The notes: generated by a model not told the origin, from the sequence alone. Shown: positions 7,969-17,398, counted from the first letter of the stretch. The stretch: DNA of 24,000 nucleotides from Pelotomaculum sp. PtaB.Bin104 (GCA_002067205.1 MVQL01000164.1:42046-66045), one strand, 5' to 3'. Translations and numbers: made by a program.

Positions 7969-8544
7969 CTAATTCTTGACAAATACCAGTCCATACTGGC
8001 CTTGCCCGAAATCTATGCTATAGAACTCCTCCATGCCCCGCTTGAGCGCCAGATCCCTGACCTCCTCCGGTGAAAGCCTGTGCTCAATGGGCGGTCCTGG
8101 CGATCCGGCGATTTTCCGCCACTCGATAACGGCCATTCTGCCGCCGGCCCTCAAGATCCGGAGCGCCTCCGAAAAAAACAAATCGTGGTCATCTGTTTCA
8201 TGCAAGACATTGCTCATAATAATGAAGTCAACTGCCCGGTCAGCCAGCTTAAAGTCGTACTCGCCCACCTGAATTGTCCGGATATTGGTCAAGCCGGTTT
8301 CGGCCGCCCTGCCGGCGACTTCTGCCAGCATCTCCGGTAAAATGTCCAGAGCGTATACAATTGCGCTGCTACCCACTATTTTTCCGGCCGGGATTGTAAA
8401 ATACCCGATCCCGCAGCCGATATCGGCAACGTCGGCCCCACTGGCCAGACCGAATTTTTGTAGGGTTTCGTAAGGAGGCATCAGTGACCTTCTCTGCTCA
8501 TTATCCAGCTTATGCTTGCTTTTTGCAGTAAATTTATGCGCCAT
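7969..8544 (-). CDS. class I SAM-dependent methyltransferase
   Basis: SAM-binding motif I VADIGCGIGYFT, then VYALD and FIIMSNVLHE. Start moved to MAHKF.. (ATG 8544), with GGAGG 9 nt upstream. The ORF-track GTG at 8553 abuts the RBS. Convergent with the VOC gene; the stop codons are 6 nt apart. Confidence 0.85.
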   Translation of the reverse strand: MAHKFTAKSKHKLDNEQRRSLMPPYETLQKFGLASGADVADIGCGIGYFTIPAGKIVGSSAIVYALDILPEMLAEVAGRAAETGLTNIRTIQVGEYDFKLADRAVDFIIMSNVLHETDDHDLFFSEALRILRAGGRMAVIEWRKIAGSPGPPIEHRLSPEEVRDLALKRGMEEFYSIDFGQGQYGLVFVKN

Positions 8545-9052
8545 TTTATCCACCCTCCCAAAAGCTCAACAGAGACCTCAGGCTAAGCGTTTCCGGAATA
8601 TAAACAAGCCGTCCAGTTGAATGGGCGGCTTATAGAAAATAACAAGATATTAACAATAATTAATTCCCGCATTGCCGTTTTGCTTATCGTTTTTTAAAAC
8701 CAATTCTCAAAAATCGGCACCCGGCTAATCACATCTGCCTTCCTTTTAATTGAAAAGGCCTGGCATTTGGCAACTAGACCAAGGTTCCCTTGTCATAATT
8801 ATAGGTTTAAAAACTAACAAGGTATACTAACAAAGCAGGAATCTTTATTTCTGAAGCTTTATTGTATTATAGCACCCGGCTTAAGCTTATGCAAGTATCA
8901 CCCTGCCCACAGTGTGTGTTGATCACAAGGTACTTTAGCTCATGTCACAAGAACAAATACAGAGATACACAATCATTGTGGAATCTCAGCCTTGCTAGTA
9001 GCCGGCGCATGAATTCTTATGGTATTTATGTAAAATCTATTCACGTTTCCTG

Positions 9053-10291
9053 TCAGGCAAATGGATTTGAAAAATTGATTTTTGAATCCTCCGCATCTTT
9101 TTTTCTTATCTTCCAGTAAATTGCCCCGGCTAAAACCAGGGGGGCCAGCGTAGTGTAGAACATCAGCTGATAGCCGGCCGCCTCCGCCACATAGCCCCAG
9201 AGAATGGTACCCAAACCGAGTCCCAAATCAAAGGCGATATAGTAAGTGCCTGTGGCCGCGCCGCGTCTTTCGGCGGGGGCATGGCGCAGGGACAAGGCCT
9301 GCAAGGTGGGCACACAAAAGCCAAAGCCAAAGCCGATGATCGCGCCGGCCAGGACAAATCCCAAGATGTTATGGGACAGGCCAACGGATGCCATCCCGAT
9401 CATCATGGTCAGGTGGCCGACAAGCAAAACAGTCCCGGCGCCGCCCCGGTCGGCCCAGCGGCCGGCGAGCGGGCGGAAAATTAACATGGTCACGGAGTTT
9501 GCCGCAAAAAACAAGCCCGTATTGCCGATACCCAATTCAACTCCATATAAGGGTATAAAAGAAAGCACCGCACTATAGGCTGTGGTCAGGAAAAACGTCA
9601 CCACCGATGCGGGCAGGGCGGTTTTCTCCAGCAGGCTGGCACACACTCCTCTAACAGTCCGGACCGGGTCACTGCTGTAAGCGCCGGCGCCCCGAATGGG
9701 CAGACTAAAGGATAAAGCCAGCACGGTCACCAGAGTCACGGCTACAAATAAAGTTTGGTAGCCCGAGATGCCAACTAACCAAAAACCAACCATCGGTGCA
9801 AAAGCCAGCGAAATAGTTGAGGTCAGGCCGAAATAACCCATCCCCTCACCCAGCCGGTCTTTAGGTACGCTGTCCGCGACGATGGTAACCATGGCTGTGC
9901 CGGCCATGGCTGCGGCCAGTCCGTGCAAGGCGCGGACAATCATCATTATCACAACACCGGAGGCCAGCTTGTAGAGTAAAGTGACGGCCAGCACCGCGAC
10001 CAGGCTCAAGAACAGGATCTTTTTCCGGCCATAGTCATCCAGCAAGCAACCGGCGACGGGGCGCATGAGCATAGCGCTGATCGTATAGACACCCATCATA
10101 TAGCCCACGTCCCTTTGTCCGCCTCCGATAGCCAAAAGATATACCGGCAAGGTCGGGATAAGCATCTGCAAGCTAATTAACAAAGCAAAGCTGGAAAAAC
10201 ACAGCAGGATGAAATTTCCGGTCCAAATAGCGCCCGGCTCCCCTATCGCCCTGTCTTCAGCGGGCCGGCTGTTGATGAAGTCTTCTGGCAC
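9053..10291 (-). CDS. MFS transporter
   Basis: 412 aa with about 12 hydrophobic helices and the MFS loop motif (LLDDYGRKKILF, then RWADRGG in the second half). GTG start with GGGAG upstream. Confidence 0.85.
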   Translation of the reverse strand: MPEDFINSRPAEDRAIGEPGAIWTGNFILLCFSSFALLISLQMLIPTLPVYLLAIGGGQRDVGYMMGVYTISAMLMRPVAGCLLDDYGRKKILFLSLVAVLAVTLLYKLASGVVIMMIVRALHGLAAAMAGTAMVTIVADSVPKDRLGEGMGYFGLTSTISLAFAPMVGFWLVGISGYQTLFVAVTLVTVLALSFSLPIRGAGAYSSDPVRTVRGVCASLLEKTALPASVVTFFLTTAYSAVLSFIPLYGVELGIGNTGLFFAANSVTMLIFRPLAGRWADRGGAGTVLLVGHLTMMIGMASVGLSHNILGFVLAGAIIGFGFGFCVPTLQALSLRHAPAERRGAATGTYYIAFDLGLGLGTILWGYVAEAAGYQLMFYTTLAPLVLAGAIYWKIRKKDAEDSKINFSNPFA

Positions 10292-10691
10292 TAATCAAAT
10301 CTCCCATACATATACTATTCGTCGGGACAGCTGGTTCTTGAAATGGCTATCCTTTTGATAAATAAAGCGTTATCATCAGCTGGCACCGGAACAAGTGAAT
10401 AACGGTCTAATTAAATATATTTTTAGAAATTTTGGTGCTGCTTAGGGCATATGTATCTGGCCATCAGCAGGTCAAAAAAATTTTACAGTAAAAGATACAA
10501 TCCAGGAAGTACCTTTATTTCACTTCGCTCAGGTGGGACAAACACCTGGTGGCATTTATCGCGTATTATAATATTATCTGCGGCTTTGACACCGAGTAAA
10601 TGAAAAATAGCTGGATCTAAAAAAAGGAAATACGCAGGAGTATGTTGAAATATTCTTATTATTCAATGTCAGATGAACACGAGGTGCCGCC

Positions 10692-11108
10692 GTGAATGAG
10701 TTCCTGCACTTATTAGCTGGTATATTAAACAATATTCACGACTTGATTATCCGAGTTGCTAAAATCATGGGGTTTCGCCCAACCGACGAGCAACTGCATT
10801 TTTGGGTTATTGGGTGCATCGGCATAGTTATTTTTATTATTGTAGATACCAGCTTTCGGTTTTTGGCCAGGTGGTCTGTATCGGTCATTTCATTTATCAC
10901 TACCTTTATTGCTATGGTGGTTTTTGTGTTTGGCATTGAAATCGAGCAGAAAATAACCGGCAGGGGCAACTTGGAGTTCACTGATATTACCTCCGGCCTC
11001 TGGGGCTTTTTAGCCTTTTTCAGCGTTTATTTTATATTTAGACTAGCAATTTTCCTGATTAAGAAGCTATGGGTAAGCTTAAAAGTCTACCAATGGAAAA
11101 AAATCTAA
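10692..11108 (+). CDS. hypothetical membrane protein (possibly VanZ-like)
   Basis: GTG start with GAGGTG 5 nt upstream. 138 aa, 3-4 TM helices. The IEIEQKITGRGNLEFTDITSGLWG stretch resembles the VanZ-like E-x-x-Q...R...D...G pattern (weak). A strong terminator follows. Confidence 0.6.
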   Translation: MNEFLHLLAGILNNIHDLIIRVAKIMGFRPTDEQLHFWVIGCIGIVIFIIVDTSFRFLARWSVSVISFITTFIAMVVFVFGIEIEQKITGRGNLEFTDITSGLWGFLAFFSVYFIFRLAIFLIKKLWVSLKVYQWKKI

Positions 11109-11133
11109 GACCGGCACCACACATAAAAAAATT

Positions 11134-11158
11134 AAACCCGTCATTGCGACGGGTTTTT
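11134..11158 (+). terminator. intrinsic terminator, potentially bidirectional
   Basis: AAACCCGTC-ATTGC-GACGGGTTT followed by TT on plus and preceded by an A-run. It lies between the convergent 10692 gene and the tryptophanase-family gene. Confidence 0.7.
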
Positions 11159-11247
11159 GATACCTGTTGAAATTATTCATCTAACTAAATGCCGGACCGG
11201 CTGCCTTCGTTGTTATCCGGGGTCAATAAATTAATACTGGGCCAGGC

Positions 11248-12699
11248 TTACAGGCTGTCCCCAAAGTCCTCTCTGAACTTGGCCACCAGTTTGTCCTGCC
11301 AATCTGATACAGGGCTCAATATGCCAAAGAAGAAGCGTAAAATCTTTGGCTCGTCCACAAAAGACAGCCCGCCGATCAGGGAGCGGTTCTCGTACAGCCA
11401 GCCGATGCGGTCAACGGCGTATTTTACCTGGGAAAGAGTGAAGACCCGTCGCGGCAGGGCCAGACGCAAAAGTTCCATATTGGCATAATGTTCATTGCCG
11501 TTTTCGTCTCTTTGTTCAGATAGCGTCCCCCTTTCCATACCCCGGACGCCACTGGCAATATAGAGAGCGGCGCCTAGCGCTCCGGCGGGATACAGAGACT
11601 GGGGAATATGACCGACGAATTCCATGGCGTTGAGGTGACAGCCCAGGCCGCCAGGCGGCGTCACCACCGGAACACCTTTCTTCTTGAGCTCCTCAACCAT
11701 AGAGGCGATGAATTGCGGGCCCTGGTTGATCATGTCTTCGTCCATAGTCTCTTCCAGGCCAACGGTTAGCGCTTCAATTTCACGCACGGACATCCCGCCG
11801 TAGGTGAGGAAGCCTTCATAAAGGGGAACCAGCTCACGCATTTTCAGATACAATTCTTTGCTGTTCAGACACATGCCGCCACCGCGAACACAGCCGAGTT
11901 TCCGGGCGGAAAAATAAACAATATCCGAAAGGTCCGACATGGCCCGGGTGATCTCCCTGACGCTCATATTTTTACACTTTTCTTCCCGCTCTATAATAAA
12001 GTGCAGGTTATCGGCCAAGAGGCTGGCATCCAAAACAATCAAAACCCCGAACTCGTCGCACACTTTGCGGACCTCAGCCATATTTTCCAGCGAGAACGGC
12101 TGCCCGCCAATCAGGTTGGTGCCGGCCTCCAAGCGGACAAAGGCAATTTTATCAGAGCCCTGCTCCTGGAGAAATGCTCTCAGCTTGTCAATATCGATGT
12201 TGCCTTTAAAGGGGCAGTCGCTGGTCACATTCAAGCCTTCGTCAATAACCAGTTCCTCCACACTGCCGCCGCATGCCACAATATGGGCCTTAGTAGTGGT
12301 AAAGTGGTAATTCATGGGAACGACTTTTCCTGGTTCAACAAAAACCTGGGCAAGAATATGCTCACAGGCTCTGCCCTGGTGGGCCGGCAGGAAAAACTCC
12401 TTGCCGAAAATCTCCCTAATTTTACTTTCCAACTTAAAAAAGCTTTCTGACCCGGCATAGCTGTCGTCCGCCTGCATCATTGCCGCTATCTGGTTATCGC
12501 TCATGGCGTTAACCCCGCTATCAGTAAGCATGTCCAGATAGACATCGCGGTTTTTCAGCAAAAACGTATTGTTGCCGGCTCCTGTCATCGCTTCCAGGCG
12601 CTGCTCAATAGGCAGAATATTCAACTTTTGTACAACCCTGACCTTGTGCATCTCCAGCGGTACATTTTCCCCAAAATAAAATTTCACATTTGCCATCAA
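11248..12699 (-). CDS. tryptophanase / tyrosine phenol-lyase family PLP-dependent beta-eliminating lyase
   Basis: Collinear by eye with E. coli TnaA over its whole length: LTDSG..AMS, PAHQGR, NYHFTTT, GGQP(F/V)S, the PLP-lysine region FSARKLGCVRGGG (TnaA has SAKKDAMVPMGG), EGF.TYGG, LLRLALPRR, EPK.LR.F. I cannot tell Trp from Tyr specificity by eye. TTG at 12699 or ATG at 12696; AGGAG lies 7-10 nt upstream. Confidence 0.9.
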   Translation of the reverse strand: MMANVKFYFGENVPLEMHKVRVVQKLNILPIEQRLEAMTGAGNNTFLLKNRDVYLDMLTDSGVNAMSDNQIAAMMQADDSYAGSESFFKLESKIREIFGKEFFLPAHQGRACEHILAQVFVEPGKVVPMNYHFTTTKAHIVACGGSVEELVIDEGLNVTSDCPFKGNIDIDKLRAFLQEQGSDKIAFVRLEAGTNLIGGQPFSLENMAEVRKVCDEFGVLIVLDASLLADNLHFIIEREEKCKNMSVREITRAMSDLSDIVYFSARKLGCVRGGGMCLNSKELYLKMRELVPLYEGFLTYGGMSVREIEALTVGLEETMDEDMINQGPQFIASMVEELKKKGVPVVTPPGGLGCHLNAMEFVGHIPQSLYPAGALGAALYIASGVRGMERGTLSEQRDENGNEHYANMELLRLALPRRVFTLSQVKYAVDRIGWLYENRSLIGGLSFVDEPKILRFFFGILSPVSDWQDKLVAKFREDFGDSL

Positions 12700-12772
12700 C
12701 TGGTCACTCCTATTGGTTATTTTTAATTTTAATTAATTAATAATTAACTATATTAAAGCATCCACTACCTTG

Positions 12773-12801
12773 AAAAATAAAAAAGCGCTCCTACGGAGCG
12801 C
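12773..12801 (-). terminator. intrinsic terminator closing a ~125-nt leader or sRNA upstream of the tryptophanase-family gene
   Basis: On the minus strand: GCGCTCC-GTA-GGAGCGC (12801-12785) followed by TTTTTTATTTTT. It lies ~75 nt upstream of the CDS start. Confidence 0.65.
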
Positions 12802-12904
12802 AGCATAAACAAAGGCCGGTTGCCTTATTCCTACCACTCTACCGTCAGTCCATTTTTCTTAAAGATGCTAAATATGCCTTACCATGCTACATAACTACAT
12901 GAGC

Positions 12905-12934
12905 ATTATATAACGGGATTTTATTTTGTGTAAA
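12905..12934 (-). promoter_or_regulatory. candidate sigma-A promoter driving the leader or sRNA
   Basis: On the minus strand: TTTACA (12934-12929), 18-nt spacer, TATAAT (12910-12905). It sits between two terminator hairpins. Confidence 0.4.
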
Positions 12935-12988
12935 GAAAAAAATAATGTAATATTATTGAAAAAGCTTTATTAAACTTCATAAATAAAC

Positions 12989-13018
12989 AACCGGAGGCGG
13001 GCAAGCCCGCTTCCGGTT
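12989..13018 (-). terminator. strong GC-rich hairpin; likely terminator of the ECF-operon transcript
   Basis: AACCGGAGGCGGG-loop-CCCGCTTCCGGTT, a ~13-bp stem with one G-U pair. Followed by GTTTATTTAT on minus and GTTTGCCTTTT on plus. It is ~170 nt downstream of the stop at 13189. Confidence 0.65.
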
Positions 13019-13188
13019 GTTTGCCTTTTCCTTCAGGCTTAAGTTAGGCTGACTAACCACAACTTTTTATCTAAACCATACATGTGTAAGCCATCTGCTT
13101 GTAGAAAGTATATCGCTTCAAGATGGGGAGAAAAGGTCATTATTTTCTTCGTAATTTTTACTAAAACCTTTTTTGTATTACGTGTAGA

Positions 13189-14097
13189 CTATTTCTTTCT
13201 CTTCTTAATAAATAATTCTACCCCAATCCAGCCCACAATCAGTATTCCGGCAATAATAGTCAAATAATTAGTCCAGAAAAAACCGCTTTGCGGACTAGCA
13301 GAGGCCGCGGATTCTTCTTTTTTTTCTGCAGAAGCAGCTGCCTGGTCAGTATCGGAGCTGCCAACCGCCTGCTGCCCGGCAGCATCGGTGGACTGCTGCT
13401 CTTCTGTATTCCCCGCAGATTCGGTACTGCCGCCTATACTTCCAGCACTGTCACTGGCGCCTGGTTGTACAGTTGCGACGACCGAAGCCTGATCAGCGTT
13501 GCCACCCTCACGGGATGAATCTGCCGGAGCCTGGCTTTCATCATGTGTCACCGGCGCAGGATCCTGCCCGGTAGCTTGCGCGGCTCCCTCGGTTTTAAAA
13601 GTTATGGTGATCTCTTGCCCTGCACTGGTGCCGCCAAGGGTAGATACCCCATTCTTAGCTTTCAGATCTGGAGAAATCTTTAAAGTATAAGACGTCCCCG
13701 GCTTGAGCGGAGCAGCAGGCTGAACAAATATGTGGTGACGGTTACTGAAATCGATGGTATCATCGATCTTGGTTACGGTTAAAGGTACACTCTCATTCCC
13801 CTGATCGAACAGGCTAAAACACTTGCGGTTAATTCCCCAAATCGTACTGTTGACCACGTTTTTATCGAATATCAGCTTAAATTTCGGCTCACCTGCTGGA
13901 ATGTTAACTGCATTCGACACATTCTTCCCGCTGTCCATTAAGCTTATGGATACAAAACTGAGGGGTTTCTGTCCGGGTATGCCTGAAGAGTCCGCATTTT
14001 CCCCACCCTGGGCTAAAGCAACCGGGGTAACCAGCAACATAGACAGGATTACAACGCACCAAAATAAAATGAACTTTAATTTACTGGAAAACGACAA
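13189..14097 (-). CDS. cell-surface protein: signal peptide, Ig-like (SbsA/Big_5-type) domain, acidic low-complexity linker, C-terminal TM anchor
   Basis: TTG start with AAGGGTG 7 nt upstream. Signal peptide KLKFILFWCVVILSMLLVTPVALA/QG. Beta-rich domain ending in PLKPGTSYTLKISPDLKAKNG. About 110 aa of S/A/Q/D/E-rich linker. C-terminal helix IIAGILIVGWIGVELFI followed by KKRKK. Confidence 0.8.
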   Translation of the reverse strand: MSFSSKLKFILFWCVVILSMLLVTPVALAQGGENADSSGIPGQKPLSFVSISLMDSGKNVSNAVNIPAGEPKFKLIFDKNVVNSTIWGINRKCFSLFDQGNESVPLTVTKIDDTIDFSNRHHIFVQPAAPLKPGTSYTLKISPDLKAKNGVSTLGGTSAGQEITITFKTEGAAQATGQDPAPVTHDESQAPADSSREGGNADQASVVATVQPGASDSAGSIGGSTESAGNTEEQQSTDAAGQQAVGSSDTDQAAASAEKKEESAASASPQSGFFWTNYLTIIAGILIVGWIGVELFIKKRKK

Positions 14098-14240
14098 GTA
14101 CCCACACCCTTTCCACTCTTACTAAAACGATAAAATGCAAAGGAATTCCTGCATACCGGTTCATTCGAAAATTATTTATGTTAGTTGTGGGTCATATTTT
14201 AATCAGTCAGTAATAATAGGAATTGATCAGCACATCTCAG

Positions 14241-15056
14241 CTAGATCAGGATAAACGACAGAGTAAAGGCAGACAGTATGAACGCTATCGACAGCCTATC
14301 TGCCAGCCTGTACTGAAGTCTGCTTAGTCTGGTCCTGTTCATACCCCCCGTATAGCATCTACTTTCCATAGCTATGGCAAGGTCGTTGGCCCGCTGCAGC
14401 GAAGCCGCCAATAACGGGATCAAAACCGCAGTAAAGCTTCGTAACCGGGTAATCACCTTGGGTGAGTTAAACTGGGCGCCGCGTGATCGCTGAGCCCTGG
14501 TCAGGGTTTCCGCCTCTTCAATGATAGTCGGGATAAAGCGCAGCGAGGTGCTAATCAGCATGGAAAGCTGGTGCACCGGAATCCTGGCATAGCGCAAGGG
14601 CGAAAGCAAAGACTCGATCCCTGAGGCCAGTCTCAGCGGAGAAGTAGTGGTGGTCAGTAAAATCGAGCTCATATACAGGATCATCAGGCGAAAGACAGTA
14701 GAAAGCCCCAAATTGACCCCTTCTCTGGTTATCTTAAAAACCCCTAGTTGAAATAACAGCTCACCCGTAGTTAGGGTAGCCTGAAAAATAAAGGACAGCA
14801 GTAAAATATACCTGAGCTTGCGCAGGCCGCGCAATATCTTTGCCGCTTTCACTCCTGAGAAATAGAAAGCGGCGGAGAGAATAGTTACATTTAAACAGAT
14901 CACATACCACTGGAAATTAATTAAGACGGAAAAAATAATTAATAGACAGCCGATGATTTTGGTCCTGGGATCGAGCCGGTGAATAATCGAGTTACCGAGG
15001 ACAAATTGTCCCATTTTCAAGCCCTGATCCTGATTTTTTCTCATTTTTCTTCTCAT
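14241..15056 (-). CDS. ecfT: ECF transporter transmembrane (T) component
   Basis: IHRLDPRTKI near the N-terminus and the two Arg-containing coupling helices (SPLRLASGIESLL..., ...AQRSRGA) are typical of EcfT/CbiQ. ATGA overlap with the upstream ATPase gene. An internal start at MGQFVLG is possible. Confidence 0.9.
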   Translation of the reverse strand: MRRKMRKNQDQGLKMGQFVLGNSIIHRLDPRTKIIGCLLIIFSVLINFQWYVICLNVTILSAAFYFSGVKAAKILRGLRKLRYILLLSFIFQATLTTGELLFQLGVFKITREGVNLGLSTVFRLMILYMSSILLTTTTSPLRLASGIESLLSPLRYARIPVHQLSMLISTSLRFIPTIIEEAETLTRAQRSRGAQFNSPKVITRLRSFTAVLIPLLAASLQRANDLAIAMESRCYTGGMNRTRLSRLQYRLADRLSIAFILSAFTLSFILI

Positions 15057-15901
15057 TCCAGCAGCCTCCTGATCTCCCGTTCAGCTTCAGCCAAAGTAAC
15101 AACTCCAGTGTTGACTTTTTGCCCTCGCGCTGCTAGATCATACATCAGTTGCAGGTAGTCGGGCAGCAGAATGTCGGGCAGTTCCCGAAAATCTTTGCGG
15201 GACAAAATTTCTTTCGGGGTCCCGGCAGCCACCAGAGACCCTCCGTCCAAGACCGCCATCCGCCCGGTTAGGTTGATAATATCCCTGATACTATGTGAGA
15301 TCATGATCACCGTTACACCATATTCCTGCTGCAACCTTTGGAGCAACTGCAAAATCATGTCCCGCCCCGCGGGATCGAGTCCGGCTGCCGGTTCGTCCAG
15401 TACCAGGATTTCCGGTCGGATTGCCAGAACCCCGGCGATGGCGACACGCCGGCGCAGTCCACCGCTCAGGCAAATTGGCGGCTGCGCCGCTACTTCGTCA
15501 GGCTCAAGACCGACAAGCCGCAAGGCCTCAATTACCCGCTTTTCGATTTCCTGTTTATCCAAGCCGAGATTTCTGGGGCCATAGGAGACATCTTCAAAGA
15601 CGGTGCTTTCAAAAAGCTGCTGCTCCGGATACTGAAAGACCATGCCCACTTTCTTCCAAAGGGTGCGGGCATATTGCTCGTCCATAGTATCTTTACCGCC
15701 GACCAACACCTGTCCTTCCCCTGGCGTGAGAAGGCCGTTAAATTGCTGCACCAGGGTCGTCTTGCCGGAGCCGTTCGCCCCCACGATGCCAAAAAAATCA
15801 CCTTTCTGTACGGAAAGGTTGATGCCGTTTAGGGCCTTTTTCTCATAGGGGGTACCCGGGTTGTAAGTATAGCTTAGATTTTTCACTTCTATGATTGACA
15901 T
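15053..15901 (-). CDS. ecfA2: ECF transporter ATPase component (second of pair)
   Basis: Walker A GANGSGKTT, signature LSGGLRRRVAIAG, Walker B ILVLDEPAAGLD, H-loop ISHS. The start overlaps the ecfA1 stop by 13 nt. Confidence 0.9.
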   Translation of the reverse strand: MSIIEVKNLSYTYNPGTPYEKKALNGINLSVQKGDFFGIVGANGSGKTTLVQQFNGLLTPGEGQVLVGGKDTMDEQYARTLWKKVGMVFQYPEQQLFESTVFEDVSYGPRNLGLDKQEIEKRVIEALRLVGLEPDEVAAQPPICLSGGLRRRVAIAGVLAIRPEILVLDEPAAGLDPAGRDMILQLLQRLQQEYGVTVIMISHSIRDIINLTGRMAVLDGGSLVAAGTPKEILSRKDFRELPDILLPDYLQLMYDLAARGQKVNTGVVTLAEAEREIRRLLE

Positions 15902-16743
15902 AAGTATTCCACCATTTTTGGCACAGTGATGATATTTCGGTCAATCTGGAAGCCGCTTCTTCTTAAATTTTCCGCAAGTTGCACGATTTCGGGAGGCCTT
16001 AAGCCGGCTGCGGCCAATTGTTCCGATGCTGTAAAAACCTCCGCGGGCGTACCGGTCATGTAAATACCCCCCTGGTGCAGCACTACTATTCGGTCAGCTC
16101 CGACAACATCCTCCATATTATGAGAAATTAATATCACAGTAATGTTGTACTCTTGATTGAGAGCAGTCAAAATTTCACCCAACTCACGCCTGCCCCTAGG
16201 GTCAAGCATGGAGGTCGGCTCATCCAGAACCAGGTGAGACGGGCGCATGGCTAGTGCGCAGGCAATGGCCACTTTTTGTTTCTGGCCGCCGGAAAGCATA
16301 TGTGGCGCGTGCTGGCGCAGTTCCGTCAGCCCGACCGCCTGCAGGGACCATTCGACACGCTCGCTGATTTCCGCGCGGGAAAGCCCCAGGTTCTCAGGCC
16401 CAAAAGCGATATCCTCCTCCACTATGGAGCTGATAATCTGATTGTCGGGATTTTGAAACACCATCCCCACCTGGCGTCTGATCTCGATTAGAGACCTGCT
16501 AGCGGCAGTGTCAAGGCCGTTAACATAGACCTTGCCCGCCGTCGGCTTAATTAGGCCGTTGACCAGCCTGGCCAGGGTTGATTTTCCCGAACCGTTCATT
16601 CCTAAAAGGCCGACAAATTCCCCCTGTCTGACCGTCAAGCTGACGTCGTTGAGGGCAATTTTACTTAAAGGTTGTCCCACATTAAATTCCTTGGTAACAT
16701 TGACCAGCTCAATGCTGCCTTCAAACATAAGGGTTGTGTCCAC
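15889..16743 (-). CDS. ecfA1: ECF transporter ATPase component (first of pair)
   Basis: Walker A GMNGSGKST, Q-loop, signature LSGGQKQKVAIACAL, Walker B HLVLDEPTSMLD, H-loop ISHN. Start uncertain: GTG at 16743 abuts the GGGAG, and the alternative ATG at 16728 gives MFEGSIELVNV. Confidence 0.9.
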   Translation of the reverse strand: MDTTLMFEGSIELVNVTKEFNVGQPLSKIALNDVSLTVRQGEFVGLLGMNGSGKSTLARLVNGLIKPTAGKVYVNGLDTAASRSLIEIRRQVGMVFQNPDNQIISSIVEEDIAFGPENLGLSRAEISERVEWSLQAVGLTELRQHAPHMLSGGQKQKVAIACALAMRPSHLVLDEPTSMLDPRGRRELGEILTALNQEYNITVILISHNMEDVVGADRIVVLHQGGIYMTGTPAEVFTASEQLAAAGLRPPEIVQLAENLRRSGFQIDRNIITVPKMVEYLCQS

Positions 16744-16804
16744 TCCCTGCTTGCTGCAAATAATGTTTAGTATTTGGTGGCCAAACTTCAGCTATAAATC
16801 ATTT

Positions 16805-17398
16805 TCACTCCCAATTGGTCAGCCTTGGCTTGAGCCGCTTAATCAAAATAGCGGCGATAATCCCCCCGGCAGCGCCGAACACAGTATGGGTCAGTGAGGA
16901 AAAACCCAGGCCCAGCGCGATAAACCCCGTCGGGAGCTTAAGCAGTACTGCCAGGGCGAGGTTAACCACCAGCTTGGCCAAACTGGTCAGGGTACCGCAG
17001 ATAGCTCCAACAAACGGGTTCTCGAGACGGTAGTTGAAAAATGGTGCGATCAGGTCAAGCAGCAGACCCGGTATAAAGTACTTAAAAAAAACAAAAACGC
17101 CTTCTTTGCCCAGGCCCAGCAGTACAGCCAGCGCTCCCGATATAATACCCATGATCATGCCGGCCCCAAACTTGGGAATCAGACCTTTGCCCAGGACCAG
17201 GATGCCCATCCAGTAAATGCTCGAATGGCCGGGCACGTGCAAGGGCAACCGGGTTATATCCTTGGTGATGGCTATCAGTGTGCCAAACATGGTCAACCTG
17301 AGGACATCGGCCAGGCCTAGCTTAAAGATGAACCGTTCGGATACCGGTATATGATCATTTTCCCGCTTACCTTTGGTTCCGATTAACTCTTCCTGCAC
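16805..17398 (-). CDS. polytopic membrane protein; candidate substrate-capture (S) component of the adjacent ECF module
   Basis: About 200 aa with ~5-6 Gly-rich TM helices, a size and position (immediately upstream of ecfA1A2T) typical of group-I S components. I do not recognise the S-component family, so the specificity is unknown. Start placed at GTG 17398, with GGAG 8 nt upstream; the ORF-track start at 17407 abuts the RBS. Confidence 0.6.
   Translation of the reverse strand: MQEELIGTKGKRENDHIPVSERFIFKLGLADVLRLTMFGTLIAITKDITRLPLHVPGHSSIYWMGILVLGKGLIPKFGAGMIMGIISGALAVLLGLGKEGVFVFFKYFIPGLLLDLIAPFFNYRLENPFVGAICGTLTSLAKLVVNLALAVLLKLPTGFIALGLGFSSLTHTVFGAAGGIIAAILIKRLKPRLTNWE

Noticed and set aside
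8033-8473. Plus-strand ORFs inside the methyltransferase gene
   Set aside because: They are antisense to a CDS with clear SAM-binding motifs, and their composition is not protein-like.
8598-8626. Hairpin AAGCCGTCC-loop-GGGCGGCTT downstream of the MFS gene
   Set aside because: It could be the MFS terminator, but it lies ~430 nt past the stop and only ~50 nt from the methyltransferase start. The trailing U-tract is poor, so I did not call it.
8716-8884. Direct repeat GCACCCGGCT(T)AA at 8716 and 8872, considered as target-site duplications of a MITE
   Set aside because: The ~145 bp between them has no terminal inverted repeats or other transposon hallmarks. A 10-12 nt repeat can arise by chance.
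8862-9119. 85-aa plus-strand ORF in the gap between the methyltransferase and MFS genes
   Set aside because: It has no RBS and overlaps the 3' end of the MFS gene on the opposite strand. The sequence is not protein-like.
9163-9578. ORFs on both strands inside the MFS gene
   Set aside because: They are out-of-frame or antisense shadows with Pro/Ala/Arg-rich composition.
11189-12450. Plus-strand ORFs (99, 123, 149 aa) overlapping the tryptophanase-family gene
   Set aside because: They are antisense to a full-length, motif-rich lyase gene.
12802-12900. TRAP-type (G/U)AG repeat array or TnaC-like leader peptide in the lyase leader
   Set aside because: Only scattered TAG/GAG triplets occur, without regular 2-3 nt spacing. 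The only ATG-initiated frames are 1-5 codons long and lack Trp codons.
13082-14125. Plus-strand ORFs (61, 76, 63, 100 aa) overlapping the surface-protein gene and its 3' flank
   Set aside because: They are antisense shadows or lack an RBS. The minus-strand gene has a clear signal peptide and domain logic.
15171-16897. Numerous ORFs on both strands inside ecfA1 and ecfA2
   Set aside because: They are shadow frames of two ABC ATPase genes with complete Walker and signature motifs.
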